From the NCBI RefSeq assembly GCF_008033135.1, contig NZ_CP041335.1:1367925-1431924 (forward strand): DNA of 64,000 nucleotides, in the 5' to 3' direction. The position numbers and the translations under genes are program-made. The notes under the pieces were generated by a model. It did no database searches. It had not been told where the DNA came from and worked only from the letters and a program-made list of their open reading frames with translations. Below are positions 40,772-52,575 of the stretch, piece after piece; position 1 is the stretch's first letter, and the number at the start of each line of letters is the position of its first letter. This DNA is from Chitinolyticbacter meiyuanensis. GTDB lineage: Bacteria; Pseudomonadota; Gammaproteobacteria; Burkholderiales; Chitinibacteraceae.

Positions 40772-42136
40772 TCAGTTGCCTTCCAGGATGGCCCGGATCG
40801 CCGGCATCTGGTGTTCCAGGTAGTGGATGCTGGTACCGCCCTTGGCGAACTCGGCATCCAGCAGCAGCTGCTGGTGCAGCGGGATGTTGGTGTGGATGCC
40901 CTGCACCACCATTTCCGACAGCGCGATGCGCATCCGGGCCATGGCCTGGGCGCGGGTGTCGCCGTAGGTGATGATCTTGCCGATCATGCTGTCGTAGTTG
41001 GGCGGCACGAAATAGCCCTGGTAGACGTGCGAATCGACGCGCACGCCCGGGCCGCCCGGCGTATGCCAAGTGGTGATGCGGCCAGGGCTGGGCACGAACT
41101 TGAGCGGGTCTTCGGCGTTGATCCGGCACTCGATGGCGTGGCCCTTCAGCTTCACGTCCTTCTGCGTAAATTGCAGCGGCAGGCCGGCGGCGATGCGGAT
41201 CTGCTCCTGCACGATATCGATGCCGGTGATCAGCTCGGTGACCGGATGCTCGACCTGCACGCGGGTGTTCATTTCAATGAAATAGAACTCGCCGTTCTCG
41301 TACAGGAATTCGAAGGTGCCGGCACCGCGGTAGCCGATCTCGCGGCAGGCCTTGGCGCAGGCTTCGCCGATCTTCTTGCGCTGTGCATCGGTAATGCCGG
41401 GTGCCGGCGCTTCCTCGATCACCTTCTGGTGGCGGCGCTGCATCGAGCAGTCGCGTTCGCCCAGGTAGATGGCGTTGCCATGCTCGTCGGCCAGGATCTG
41501 GATTTCGACGTGGCGCGGGGTCTGCAGGAATTTCTCCATGTAGACCACCGGGTTGCCGAAGGCGGTTTGCGCCTCGCTCTGTGTCATCTCGACCGAGCGC
41601 AGCAGCTCTTCCTCGGCGTGCACTACACGCATGCCGCGACCGCCGCCGCCGCCGGCGGCCTTGATGATGACCGGGTAGCCCACCTTCTTGCCGAGCGCGA
41701 TGATTTCCTTCGGGTCTTCCGGCATGGCGCCGTCCGAACCCGGCACGCAGGGCACGCCGGCCTTCTTCATCGCATCCTTGGCCGATACCTTGTCGCCCAT
41801 CAGGCGGATCGATTCCGGGCGCGGGCCGATGAAGACGAAGCCCGATTCCTCGACGCGTTGCGCGAAATCGGCATTTTCCGAAAGAAAGCCGTAGCCGGGG
41901 TGGATGGCCTGGGCACCGGTGACCTCGGCAGCCGAGATGATGGCGGCCATGTTGAGGTAGCTCTGCGGCGACGGGTTGGGGCCGATGCAGACCGATTCGT
42001 CGGCGAGCTTCACATACTTGGCTTCGCGGTCGATCTCGGAATGGACGACCACGGTCTTGATGCCCATCTCGCGGCAGGCGCGCAGCACCCGCAGCGCGAT
42101 TTCGCCGCGGTTGGCGATAAGGACTTTTTCAAACAT
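40772..42136 (-). CDS. accC: acetyl-CoA carboxylase biotin carboxylase subunit
   Basis: '[26 protein letters not shown]' and an ATP-grasp core. Confidence 0.95.
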   Translation of the reverse strand: MFEKVLIANRGEIALRVLRACREMGIKTVVVHSEIDREAKYVKLADESVCIGPNPSPQSYLNMAAIISAAEVTGAQAIHPGYGFLSENADFAQRVEESGFVFIGPRPESIRLMGDKVSAKDAMKKAGVPCVPGSDGAMPEDPKEIIALGKKVGYPVIIKAAGGGGGRGMRVVHAEEELLRSVEMTQSEAQTAFGNPVVYMEKFLQTPRHVEIQILADEHGNAIYLGERDCSMQRRHQKVIEEAPAPGITDAQRKKIGEACAKACREIGYRGAGTFEFLYENGEFYFIEMNTRVQVEHPVTELITGIDIVQEQIRIAAGLPLQFTQKDVKLKGHAIECRINAEDPLKFVPSPGRITTWHTPGGPGVRVDSHVYQGYFVPPNYDSMIGKIITYGDTRAQAMARMRIALSEMVVQGIHTNIPLHQQLLLDAEFAKGGTSIHYLEHQMPAIRAILEGN

Positions 42137-42266
42137 CTGGTTTTCCCGGGAAGAGGGAAGAGGGAAGTGGGAAAGGGGCTGGACGGACAGCCGGCGGGCG
42201 TTCGATCACGCCTGCCCGCGGTGGTTCCACTTCCCCGATACCCTGGGCTTCATCCTCTCCGAAGGA

Positions 42267-42722
42267 TTAGCCAATCACGAACAGCGGCTCGCCGTATTCG
42301 ACCGGCTGGCCGTTCTCGACCAGGATGGCCTTGATCACGCCGGCGTGATCCGCTTCGATCTCGTTGAGGAGCTTCATCGCCTCGATGATGCACAGCGTAT
42401 CGCCGACGTTCACCGACTGGCCGACTTCGGCGAAGGCCTTGGCGCCCGGCGAAGCCGAGCGGTAGAAGGTGCCGACCATCGGCGACTTCACGACAAAGCC
42501 TTCCGGCAGGCCGCTGGCGGCAGGCGCGGCTTCGGCTGCAGCGGCCACGGGCGCGGCAGCGGGGGCTGCCTGGTATTGCACCGGTGCCTGCGCGTAAACC
42601 GGCGCGGCGTTCTGATTGACGCGGGTGATGCGAACCTTTTCCTCGCCCTCGGTCACTTCGAGCTCGGCGATGCCGGACTCTTCGACGAGGTCGATCAGTT
42701 TTTTCAGTTTGCGCAGATCCAT
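42267..42722 (-). CDS. accB: acetyl-CoA carboxylase biotin carboxyl carrier protein
   Basis: '[17 protein letters not shown]' biotinyl-lysine motif. Confidence 0.93.
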   Translation of the reverse strand: MDLRKLKKLIDLVEESGIAELEVTEGEEKVRITRVNQNAAPVYAQAPVQYQAAPAAAPVAAAAEAAPAASGLPEGFVVKSPMVGTFYRSASPGAKAFAEVGQSVNVGDTLCIIEAMKLLNEIEADHAGVIKAILVENGQPVEYGEPLFVIG

Positions 42723-42761
42723 ACGGCAACCCTTCTTAGATGTATATGGAATTGCGTCCGT

Positions 42762-43220
42762 TCAGGACGCTTGTGGTATCGGATACTCGAGCGCGAAGGC
42801 GAGGGCATATTCATAGCCCTTGGCACCCAGCCCGCAGATCACGCCCACGGCGAGATCGGAGAAGAACGAGTGGTGACGGAATGCCTCGCGGGCATGCACG
42901 TTCGACAGGTGCACCTCGACAAACGGCTTCTTCACCCCCGAGATCGCATCGCGCAGCGCAACGCTGGTATGCGTGAACGCGGCCGGATTGATCACGATCA
43001 CATCGGTGCCGTCATTCAGCGTGGCGTGGATGCGCTCGATCAATTCGTATTCGCGGTTCGACTGGAAGGTGTCGACCTTTGCGCCGGCAGCCTGGCCTTG
43101 AGCGACCAGTCGGGCATTGATCGTGGCGAGTGTGTCCGCGCCATAATGCTGCGGTTCACGTACGCCCAGAAGGTTGAGATTGGGACCGTGCAATACCAGT
43201 ACCTTGCGGTCGTTGGGCAT
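42762..43220 (-). CDS. aroQ: type II 3-dehydroquinate dehydratase
   Basis: '[17 protein letters not shown]' and 'AFTHTS' motifs. Start at the internal ATG 43220. Confidence 0.9.
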   Translation of the reverse strand: MPNDRKVLVLHGPNLNLLGVREPQHYGADTLATINARLVAQGQAAGAKVDTFQSNREYELIERIHATLNDGTDVIVINPAAFTHTSVALRDAISGVKKPFVEVHLSNVHAREAFRHHSFFSDLAVGVICGLGAKGYEYALAFALEYPIPQAS

Positions 43221-43440
43221 GGCCACCTCGTGTTGTTCTGTACTCCTGAGATGGGGCGGAGTTTGCCGAGCCGATTTCGCGTTGTCCAGCCATTTCGACG
43301 AAATTCCCAGCAAATTGCAGTCAAAACACTCGTTTGATTTTGCGATATGGCCAGCGTTGGTGCGGGCTGCCGACAGGTTATGCTGTTACAATTCGCCCCC
43401 TGTTTACGGCTGATCGGCACGCTGCCGGCTCTCTTTTTCG

Positions 43441-44481
43441 ATGCAAGTTTCCGATTTCGACTACCACCTGCCCGAACACCTGATCGCGCAGTTTCCTCCC
43501 ACTGAACGCGGCGCCAGTCGGTTGCTGCATGTCGATGGGACGCAGCTGGATGACGGCTGGTTCCGCGAGTTGCCTCGCTTGTTGCGCGCCGGCGATGTGC
43601 TGGTGTTCAACGACACCAAGGTGATCAAGGCCCGACTGTTCGGCCACAAGGCCTCGGGTGGGGCGATCGAGGCGCTTGTCGAGCGCGTGCTCGATACCCG
43701 CTGCGCGCTCGCGCATGTGCGGGCCTCCAAGGCGCCCAAGCCGGGAGCGACGCTGTTGTTCGACGGTGGTTTTGCAGCGGAGATGGTCGAGCGGCGCGGT
43801 GATCTGTTTTTGCTGAAGTTCGCCGGCGATGTCAGCGTGCTCGACATGCTCGACGCCGCCGGGCGGCTGCCGCTACCGCCCTACATCACGCACACGCCGG
43901 ATGATGAGGACGCGCGTCGTTACCAGACCGTGTACGCGCGCGATCCCGGCGCCGTTGCCGCACCCACTGCCGGCCTGCATTTCACTGATGCGCTGCTTGA
44001 GCAGTTGCGTGCCATGGGCGTATCGACGCATTTCCTCACGCTGCATGTCGGTGCCGGCACTTTCCAGCCGGTACGGGTCGACAATATTGCCGACCACACC
44101 ATGCACCATGAACGCTACGCCATTCCGTCGTCGACCATCGAGGCGATCCGGGCGGCCAAGGCGAGCGGCGGCCGGGTGATCGCGGTGGGCACCACCAGCC
44201 TGCGCGCGCTGGAGGCCGCCTCGCAGCACGGCCTGCTGGCCGAACCGGAAGGTGATACCGATATCTTCATCACGCCGGGCTACCAGTTCCGCGTGGTCGA
44301 CCGGCTGATCACCAATTTCCACCTGCCGAAGTCGACGCTGTTGATGCTGGTGTCGGCCTTTGCCGGCTTCGAGACGATGAAGGCTGCGTATGCGCATGCC
44401 GTCGCCGCCGAATACCGCTTCTTCAGCTATGGCGATGCCATGCTGCTGGAGCGTGCCGCAGGCGCTGGGCAGCCGGGCTGA
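43441..44481 (+). CDS. queA: S-adenosylmethionine:tRNA ribosyltransferase-isomerase
   Basis: '[19 protein letters not shown]' N-terminus, 346 aa. Confidence 0.93.
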   Translation: MQVSDFDYHLPEHLIAQFPPTERGASRLLHVDGTQLDDGWFRELPRLLRAGDVLVFNDTKVIKARLFGHKASGGAIEALVERVLDTRCALAHVRASKAPKPGATLLFDGGFAAEMVERRGDLFLLKFAGDVSVLDMLDAAGRLPLPPYITHTPDDEDARRYQTVYARDPGAVAAPTAGLHFTDALLEQLRAMGVSTHFLTLHVGAGTFQPVRVDNIADHTMHHERYAIPSSTIEAIRAAKASGGRVIAVGTTSLRALEAASQHGLLAEPEGDTDIFITPGYQFRVVDRLITNFHLPKSTLLMLVSAFAGFETMKAAYAHAVAAEYRFFSYGDAMLLERAAGAGQPG

Positions 44482-44577
44482 ACGCGCGTTTGCCCTGGAT
44501 CAAGCCGCTGTCATTTACCGACGGCAAGCCTGGCTGAGAGGTGCAGAATCGGCCTGTTTCCATCGTGGCGATGGTCG

Positions 44578-44880
44578 ATGCGCATCTTGCTGTGTTGCCT
44601 GATCTGGACGCTTGCCGTGCTGGCTTGGCCTGCGGGCGCACGGGTCGTTGCATGTCACGAATCGGCGCAAACGGTCGTTGCCGCGCCTGCCCATGCGCCT
44701 GTGCACAATGTCGATTGCAAGGCCGCCACGCGTTGTTGCTTGGCACCAGTGCCGCTTGCTGCGTTGCCCGTGCTTATCGTGCCAGCAGGTTTTTCGGCGG
44801 TGCGCCTTACCCATGAGCCGGCTGGCCGCACGCTGGAGCCGGTCGCGCCGCCGCTACCACCGCCGCGCTTGCTCGCCTGA
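44578..44880 (+). CDS. small Cys-containing secreted hypothetical protein
   Basis: Signal peptide 'MRILLCCLIWTLAVLAWPAGA'; Pro-rich tail. Confidence 0.35.
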   Translation: MRILLCCLIWTLAVLAWPAGARVVACHESAQTVVAAPAHAPVHNVDCKAATRCCLAPVPLAALPVLIVPAGFSAVRLTHEPAGRTLEPVAPPLPPPRLLA

Positions 44881-44951
44881 TTGTGTTTGCCCGCCGCCTG
44901 CCGCGGCGGATTGCGCCGCATGGCGCTCACGATCATTGCGAGACTTGAATC

Positions 44952-45446
44952 ATGGACATGACGCATTACATGGCGCTGCTGGCCGCCAACCAGCCGTGGA
45001 ACCTACTGATCTTTATGGCGGTGCCGGTGATCCTGGCTGAAACCGTGGCGATCACGGAACTCTTCATCCTGCTGCGACGCCAGATGGCGGGTACGCTGCG
45101 CCGCATCAACCGCGCTGCCAGCATCGCCGCCGGCGTGTATTTCAGCGGGGTATTCGTGTACCTGCTGTTCACCGCAGTGATCCCGCTGACACGCGACGGG
45201 TTGTGGCGCGGACCGGCGGACTGGATTGCGGTGGGGTTCTACCTGGCCGGCGTGATCCCGCTCGGTGGCTTGGCCTTGCTGGATCTGGGCTTGATCTATC
45301 GCCAGGCCGATGCCGAGCGGCGCATGGCGGTGCATGCCGCGCTGGTGGCGGTGTTCCTGGTGGTGGCCCATGTCGCGATGGTATTCGGCATGCTCGATCC
45401 CACCGTGCTTGGCGCGCCGTCGCTCGCCATGCACGCCGGGCACTGA
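44952..45446 (+). CDS. hypothetical polytopic membrane protein (164 aa)
   Basis: Four or five predicted TM helices; good codon bias. Confidence 0.45.
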   Translation: MDMTHYMALLAANQPWNLLIFMAVPVILAETVAITELFILLRRQMAGTLRRINRAASIAAGVYFSGVFVYLLFTAVIPLTRDGLWRGPADWIAVGFYLAGVIPLGGLALLDLGLIYRQADAERRMAVHAALVAVFLVVAHVAMVFGMLDPTVLGAPSLAMHAGH

Positions 45447-45477
45447 GACCCGGCGGTGATGTGTTGGCGGGCCTGGC

Positions 45478-46071
45478 TCAGTACGGGTTCTGACCAACGT
45501 AGTTGCCCGCGGGGAGGTAGTTGCAGACCCAGACCTCCCCCTGGGCGCAGCGGGCGCGGCCGCAGCCGACGGCTGTCGTGGTCTTCCAGACGATTTGCGT
45601 GTAGTGTCCGCACGCCTTGCCGGCCGCACAGCTCTTGGTGGCGAAGTCGTAATCGGCTTTCTCGCCGGACCAGGAGGCAATGACGTCGGTAGCGCTCCAG
45701 CGGTAGCCGCTGTAGGCCGACGAGACCCATCCGGCGAACAGGTTTTCGCCGGTGGTCGTGCCACCCAGCTGGCGTTCGCTGCCGCTGCGGTGCGTCAGGC
45801 CGCAGTTGTTGTCGTTGGCCAGATGATTGGCCCAGGTCTGGGCGAAGGCCGCGAGCTCGTTCGACCAGGTGAGGTCGGGCAGCCCGGCATGCTCGGCACG
45901 ACGCACGCTGTTGTGCTGATCGAGCAGGTTGCTGGCGAGCGTATCCACCGGCGTGGGCGTCGGTGCAGTGGCGACTGGCGTGGGTGTCGGCGTGGCCGCG
46001 GTGTCCTCACCGCCGCCCCCACCGCCGCAGGCGGTGAGGAACAGGCACAGCAGCATGCTAGGCAAACGCAT
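45478..46071 (-). CDS. CAP/SCP/PR-1 domain lipoprotein
   Basis: Lipobox 'LFLTAC', Gly/Thr/Pro linker, and CAP motifs 'HNSVRR' and 'GHYTQIVWKTTTAVGCG'. Confidence 0.7.
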   Translation of the reverse strand: MRLPSMLLCLFLTACGGGGGGEDTAATPTPTPVATAPTPTPVDTLASNLLDQHNSVRRAEHAGLPDLTWSNELAAFAQTWANHLANDNNCGLTHRSGSERQLGGTTTGENLFAGWVSSAYSGYRWSATDVIASWSGEKADYDFATKSCAAGKACGHYTQIVWKTTTAVGCGRARCAQGEVWVCNYLPAGNYVGQNPY

Positions 46072-46202
46072 TGGTTGATCCTTTGGGGGAGAAACCACAG
46101 GTTTTCAAAGCCGCACAGGGTGCGGCAAGCGTGGATTGCCTCAGTGGCGATCTGCGTGGTGTGAATGGCGCCGGACTGTTTTCCGGTGGCGACATGGAGT
46201 GA

Positions 46203-47336
<1,134 letters not shown>

Positions 47337-47491
47337 TGCGACGATAGGCAGTCAGTTTCAAGCTGACTGGCATGACAGTGGGAACCGAATGCGGGTATTA
47401 GCGGTCGGTGTGCGGGTGGATTTAGCCACCCGCGCGGGCTAGAATGTCCCGCTTTGTTCAGACCCTCATAGACAATAAAAGGTAGTTCCGA

Positions 47492-47821
47492 ATGTTCCTC
47501 ATCGAACCTGCATACGCTCAGGCGGCGCCCGCTGGCGCGGAAATGGGCTTCATGTCCTTCCTGCCGATGATCGTGATCTTCGTGCTGTTCTGGTTCCTGA
47601 TGATCCGGCCGCAGCAAAAGCGCATGAAGGAAATGAAGGCGATGATCGACGCGCTGCAAAAGGGCGACGAAGTCGTGACCAATGGCGGCGTGCTTGGCAA
47701 GGTGGCCAAGGCTGGCGATCAGTTCCTGACGCTGGAAATCGCCGATGGCGTCGAAATTGTCGTGCAGCGTTCCGCAGTCTCCCAGCGCCTGGAAAAAGGC
47801 ACCATCAAGAACAACAAATAA
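47492..47821 (+). CDS. yajC: preprotein translocase subunit YajC
   Basis: 109 aa, single TM. Upstream of secDF. Confidence 0.9.
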   Translation: MFLIEPAYAQAAPAGAEMGFMSFLPMIVIFVLFWFLMIRPQQKRMKEMKAMIDALQKGDEVVTNGGVLGKVAKAGDQFLTLEIADGVEIVVQRSAVSQRLEKGTIKNNK

Positions 47822-47867
47822 CGATGGAAAGGCGGTATGACCGCCTTTCTTTCATGGATGCCCCACC

Positions 47868-49730
47868 ATGAACCGCTACCCGTTCTGGAAATACCTGCTG
47901 ATCGCCGTTTCGCTGATCGCAGCCTTGCTCTACACCCTGCCCAACTTCTTCGGCGAAAGCCCGGCCGTGCAGATTTCGCCGGCCCGCTCGACCGCCAAGG
48001 TCGATCAATCCACGCATGAGAAGGTGATGGCCGCGCTCAAGGGCGCAGGTATCACGCCGGATGAGGATATCCCGGACGTCGCTTCCTTCAAGCTGCGCTT
48101 TCGCGATGCCGAAACCCAGCTCAAGGCCAAGGATGTGATCCAGACTGCGCTCGGCGATGACTACATCGTCGCGCTCAACCTGCTGCCGCAAACGCCGTCC
48201 TGGCTGGCCAGCATCGGTGGCAAGCCGATGTTCCTGGGCCTTGACCTGCGCGGTGGCGTGCATTTCCTGCTGGAAGTGGACATGAAGGCTGCGGTCGACA
48301 AGCAGCTGGAAAAGGTCGCCGGCGATATCCGCCGTGAACTGAAGGACCAGAAGATTCGCTACGGCCGTGTGACCCGCGAACGCGACAGTGTTTCGGTCGG
48401 CTTGCGCGACGAGGACACGCTGGCCAAGGCTGCCGGCGCCGTGCGCCGTGTGCTGCCCGACCTCAAGATCGAGGAAAGCCGCAACCCGGGCGACTATCGC
48501 CTGACGGTGCGCTTCTCGCCCGAGGCACAGGCCAAGCTGCAGAACGATGCAGTGGCGCAGAACATCACCACGCTGCACAACCGGGTGAACGAGCTTGGCG
48601 TGGCTGAACCCATCATCCAGCAGCAGGGCCAGGGCCGGATCGTGGTGCAGCTGCCGGGCGTGCAGGACACCGCCAAGGCCAAGGACATTCTCGGCCGTAC
48701 CGCCACGCTGCAGATCCGCATGGTCGAGGACGACCAGCAGAAGCTGGCCGATGCCATGGCCGGCAAAGTGGCACCGGGGCTGGAACTGGTGCCAGTGGCT
48801 GGCGTACGTGCCGGTCAGCCGGGAGCCGAACTGCTGAAGACCGAGGTTGAACTCACCGGTGACAACATCACCAAGGCCGAGCCGACCTACGACCAGAACA
48901 ACAACCCGGTGATCGGCCTCGGCCTCGACTCCACTGGCGCTTCGATCTTCCGCGCGCTGACCCGCGAGAACATCGGCAAGCGCATGGCCATCGTGCTGGT
49001 CGAGAAGGGCAAGGGCCAGGTCATCACCGCGCCGCGCATCAATGCCGAGCTCGGTGGCAGCTTCGTGATCGAAGGCGGCGGCATGACCGTGCAGGAAGCG
49101 AATGACATCTCGCTACTGGTGCGTGCAGGCTCGCTGGCCGCGCCGATGAACATCGTCGAGGAACGCACCATCGGCCCGTCGCTCGGCAAGGAGAACATCG
49201 AGAAGGGCTTCCACTCGACCCTGTGGGGCTTCATCGCCATCGCCATCTTCATGATCCTGTACTACCGCATCTTCGGCGTGGTGTCGGCGATCGCGCTGTC
49301 GGCCAACGTGCTGTTCCTGCTGGCGCTGCTGTCGGCCATCGGTATCACGCTCACGCTGCCGGGCATTGCCGCCATCGCGCTGGCGCTGGGGATGGCGATC
49401 GACTCCAACGTGCTGATCAACGAGCGGATCCGTGAGGAACTACGTAATGGCATGAGTCCGCAGATGGCGATCCAGAACGGTTACGGCCACGCCTGGGCGA
49501 CCATCCTGGATTCCAACATCACCACGCTGATCGCTGGTATCGCGCTGTTCATCTTCGGCTCGGGCGCGGTACGTGGCTTTGCCGTGGTGCACTGCCTGGG
49601 CATCCTCACCTCAATGTTCAGCGCGGTGATGGTGTCGCGCGCGATGATCAACCTGATTTACGGCTACCGCCGCCGCCTGACCGGTCTGTCGATCGGCCAG
49701 GTGTGGGTGCCGCAACAAAAGCAAGCATAA
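47868..49730 (+). CDS. secD: protein translocase subunit SecD
   Basis: 620 aa; conserved SecD periplasmic and TM domains. Confidence 0.95.
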   Translation: MNRYPFWKYLLIAVSLIAALLYTLPNFFGESPAVQISPARSTAKVDQSTHEKVMAALKGAGITPDEDIPDVASFKLRFRDAETQLKAKDVIQTALGDDYIVALNLLPQTPSWLASIGGKPMFLGLDLRGGVHFLLEVDMKAAVDKQLEKVAGDIRRELKDQKIRYGRVTRERDSVSVGLRDEDTLAKAAGAVRRVLPDLKIEESRNPGDYRLTVRFSPEAQAKLQNDAVAQNITTLHNRVNELGVAEPIIQQQGQGRIVVQLPGVQDTAKAKDILGRTATLQIRMVEDDQQKLADAMAGKVAPGLELVPVAGVRAGQPGAELLKTEVELTGDNITKAEPTYDQNNNPVIGLGLDSTGASIFRALTRENIGKRMAIVLVEKGKGQVITAPRINAELGGSFVIEGGGMTVQEANDISLLVRAGSLAAPMNIVEERTIGPSLGKENIEKGFHSTLWGFIAIAIFMILYYRIFGVVSAIALSANVLFLLALLSAIGITLTLPGIAAIALALGMAIDSNVLINERIREELRNGMSPQMAIQNGYGHAWATILDSNITTLIAGIALFIFGSGAVRGFAVVHCLGILTSMFSAVMVSRAMINLIYGYRRRLTGLSIGQVWVPQQKQA

Positions 49731-49743
49731 AAGGGGCGCCGAC

Positions 49744-50679
49744 ATGGAGTTCTTCCGCATCAAGCAGGACATCCCGTTCATGAGCTACGGCAAGCTCACG
49801 ACGGCGATCTCGTTGCTCACCTTCATCGCTGCCGTGTTCTTCCTGATGACCAAGAGCCTCAACTTCGGCGTCGAGTTCACCGGTGGCACGGTGCTGGAGC
49901 TGCGTTACGCGCAGCCTGCCGATCTGAACCAGGTACGCAGCGCCGTCGACAACCTGAAGTACGGCGAATCGCAGGTGCAGGCGCTCGGCACCACGCGCGA
50001 CGTGATGGTCCGGTTGCCCAACATCAAGACCAAGTCCAGCGCTCAGCTGTCGAACGAAGTGCTGACCGTGCTCAAGCAGCAGCGCAGCGACGTCGAGCTG
50101 CGCAAGGTCGAATTCATCGGCCCGTCGGTGGGCGAGGAGCTGGTCAGCCATGGCCTGCTGGCACTGGCGCTGGTGTGCGTCGGCATCATCGCCTACCTCG
50201 CCATCCGCTTCGAATGGCGCTTCGCGGTCTCCGCCGTGATTGCCAACATGCACGATGTGGTGATCATCCTGGGCTGCTTTGCGCTGTTCCAGTGGGAATT
50301 CTCGCTGACCGTGCTCGCCGGTATCCTCGCCGTGCTCGGCTATTCGGTGAACGAATCGGTGGTGGTGTTCGACCGGATCCGCGAAAATTTCCGCAAGCCC
50401 AATCTGCGCGGCAAGACCGTGCCGCAGGTGATCGACAATGCGATCACCGCGACGATGAGCCGGACCATCATCACCCACGGCTCGACCGAGGCGATGGTGC
50501 TGTCGATGCTGCTGTTCGGCGGCCCGGCACTGCATGGTTTCGCCATGGCACTGACCATCGGCATCGTGTTCGGCATCTATTCGTCGGTGCTGGTCGCGTC
50601 GCCCTTGCTGCTGATGTTCGGCGTCACCCGCGAGAACATGGTGAAGCCGGTGACGGTGAAGGAAGAAGCCGTCGTCTGA
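49744..50679 (+). CDS. secF: protein translocase subunit SecF
   Basis: 311 aa, 14 bp after secD. Confidence 0.95.
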   Translation: MEFFRIKQDIPFMSYGKLTTAISLLTFIAAVFFLMTKSLNFGVEFTGGTVLELRYAQPADLNQVRSAVDNLKYGESQVQALGTTRDVMVRLPNIKTKSSAQLSNEVLTVLKQQRSDVELRKVEFIGPSVGEELVSHGLLALALVCVGIIAYLAIRFEWRFAVSAVIANMHDVVIILGCFALFQWEFSLTVLAGILAVLGYSVNESVVVFDRIRENFRKPNLRGKTVPQVIDNAITATMSRTIITHGSTEAMVLSMLLFGGPALHGFAMALTIGIVFGIYSSVLVASPLLLMFGVTRENMVKPVTVKEEAVV

Positions 50680-50706
50680 TCGCCCGGTGGGCGGTCAATC
50701 CGGCAG

Positions 50707-50732
50707 ACCGGCGGCTGAGCCGCCGGTTTTTG
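50707..50732 (+). terminator. rho-independent terminator after secF
   Basis: ACCGGCGGC-tga-GCCGCCGGT followed by TTTTTG. Confidence 0.7.
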
Positions 50733-50795
50733 CTTGTGTCTGACCGTCATCGCCAACCATTAAGCTGCAACCTCCACTGCACCTGAGCCCAAGCC

Positions 50796-51437
50796 ATGGA
50801 TTTCAACCCGATTGATCTGTTCCTGCATCTCGACACCTACCTGGAAACCTTCGTGCGCGAGTACGGGGTCTGGGCCTATGCCGTGCTGTTCGCCGTGATC
50901 TTCTGTGAGACCGGCCTGGTGGTGATGCCGCTGCTGCCCGGTGATTCGCTGCTGTTCGTGGCCGGCATGCTGGCGGGGGGCGGGCTCTTCAACGTACACC
51001 TGCTGTGCCTGTTGCTGTTCATCGCTGCCGTCGCCGGGGATGCGCTCAACTACACGATTGGCCGCTATTTCGGCCACAAGCTGTTCGCCAATCCGAATTC
51101 CAAGGTGTTCCGCCGCGACCATCTGGAAAAGACCCATGCCTTCTACGAGAAGCATGGCGGCAAGACCATCATCATTGCCCGCTTCGTGCCCATCGTGCGC
51201 ACCTTCGCGCCCTTCGTTGCCGGCATGGCCGAGATGAGCTACGCCAAGTTCTTCACTTTCAACGTGGTCGGCGCCTTCGTCTGGGTGTATTCGCTGACCT
51301 TCGCCGGCTACCTGCTCGGTGGCATTTCCTTCATCAAGGACAACCTGACGCTGATCATCCTCGGCATCATCTTTGTCTCCATCCTGCCGGGCCTGATCGA
51401 AGTGGCACGCCACAAGCTGCGCCGCGCTCCGGCCTGA
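50796..51437 (+). CDS. DedA-family (SNARE-associated) membrane protein
   Basis: '[16 protein letters not shown]' and 'GRYFGHKLF' DedA motifs. Confidence 0.85.
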   Translation: MDFNPIDLFLHLDTYLETFVREYGVWAYAVLFAVIFCETGLVVMPLLPGDSLLFVAGMLAGGGLFNVHLLCLLLFIAAVAGDALNYTIGRYFGHKLFANPNSKVFRRDHLEKTHAFYEKHGGKTIIIARFVPIVRTFAPFVAGMAEMSYAKFFTFNVVGAFVWVYSLTFAGYLLGGISFIKDNLTLIILGIIFVSILPGLIEVARHKLRRAPA

Positions 51438-51452
51438 GTCCTGTTCCGCTGC

Positions 51453-52352
51453 ATGTCCGAATCGTTCTATACCGACAAGGCCGCGATGCGTGCGGCCTTC
51501 GACAAAGCGGCTACCGGCTACGATGCCGCAGCCGTGCTGCAACGCGAGGTGGCCGATCGCATGGCCGAGCGCCTCGACTACATCAAGCTGGTGCCAGGCC
51601 GGGTACTCGATGCCGGCTGTGGCACGGGGTATGCCAGCCCCATGCTGCGCGCCCGCTACCCGGAAGCCCAGCTCGTCGAACTCGACCTCGCGCCCGGCAT
51701 GCTGCAGGTGGCGCGGCAGAAAGGGCAGGGCGGCATGTTGCAGCGCTGGTTGCACCTGTTCGAGCGCAATCGCGTGCTGCAGGTGTGTGGCGACGTCGAG
51801 CGCCTGCCGATGGCCAATGCCTCGGTCGAGCTGATCTGGTCCAATCTCACGCTGCAATGGTGCAACACGCCCGATGCTGCGTTTGCCGAATTCTTCCGCG
51901 TGCTGAAGCCGGGCGGCCTATTGATGTTCTCGACGCTGGGCCCGGACACGCTGAAGGAATTGCGCACCGCGTTCGACGGCATCGACGGCCATAGCCACGT
52001 GAACCGCTTCATCGACATGCACGACTTGGGCGATGCGCTGGTGAAGGCCGGCATGGCCACGCCGGTGATGGATATGGAACAGATCACGCTGACCTATCCC
52101 GATGCCAAGGCGGTGATGCGCGACCTCAAATCGATCGGTGCGCATAACGTTACCGAGGGCCGTGGCCGTGGCCTGATGGGCAAGGCGGCCTGGCAACAGG
52201 TGGTGGCGCAATACGAGCGCTTCCGCCACGCCGGTGAGCTGCCGTGCAGCTATGAAGTGGTCTACGGCCATGCCTGGAAGCCCGAGCCACGCCCCGGCCA
52301 ACTGGCCGATGGCAGCCAGGTGATCGAATTCAGGCCGCGCCCGCGCGGCTGA
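51453..52352 (+). CDS. bioC: malonyl-[ACP] O-methyltransferase
   Basis: 'VLDAGCGTGY' SAM motif and 'VELIWSNLTLQWCN' BioC signature. bioD follows. Confidence 0.8.
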   Translation: MSESFYTDKAAMRAAFDKAATGYDAAAVLQREVADRMAERLDYIKLVPGRVLDAGCGTGYASPMLRARYPEAQLVELDLAPGMLQVARQKGQGGMLQRWLHLFERNRVLQVCGDVERLPMANASVELIWSNLTLQWCNTPDAAFAEFFRVLKPGGLLMFSTLGPDTLKELRTAFDGIDGHSHVNRFIDMHDLGDALVKAGMATPVMDMEQITLTYPDAKAVMRDLKSIGAHNVTEGRGRGLMGKAAWQQVVAQYERFRHAGELPCSYEVVYGHAWKPEPRPGQLADGSQVIEFRPRPRG

Positions 52353-52575
52353 GGCGAGGGCCGGTGTTGAACGTCACATCCAACTTCGACAACGCGCGCC
52401 ACGCGGTGGGGTTCGTGTGTTTCGATGCGACCATCGCCGAGTCGCCGACGCTGCCCGATGTGGACGCAGCGTGCTGCGCTGCTTCCATAAGTGGGCGTGT
52501 CTTGGCATCGCACTGCGAATCCGGCCGCAGCGACGATTTCACCCGCCCGGCGCTGAGCATCCATTCGGTGCGCGC

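Noticed and set aside
40739-43337. 531-aa (40739..42334) and 453-aa (41976..43337) plus-strand ORFs
   Set aside because: Antisense to accC, accB and aroQ.
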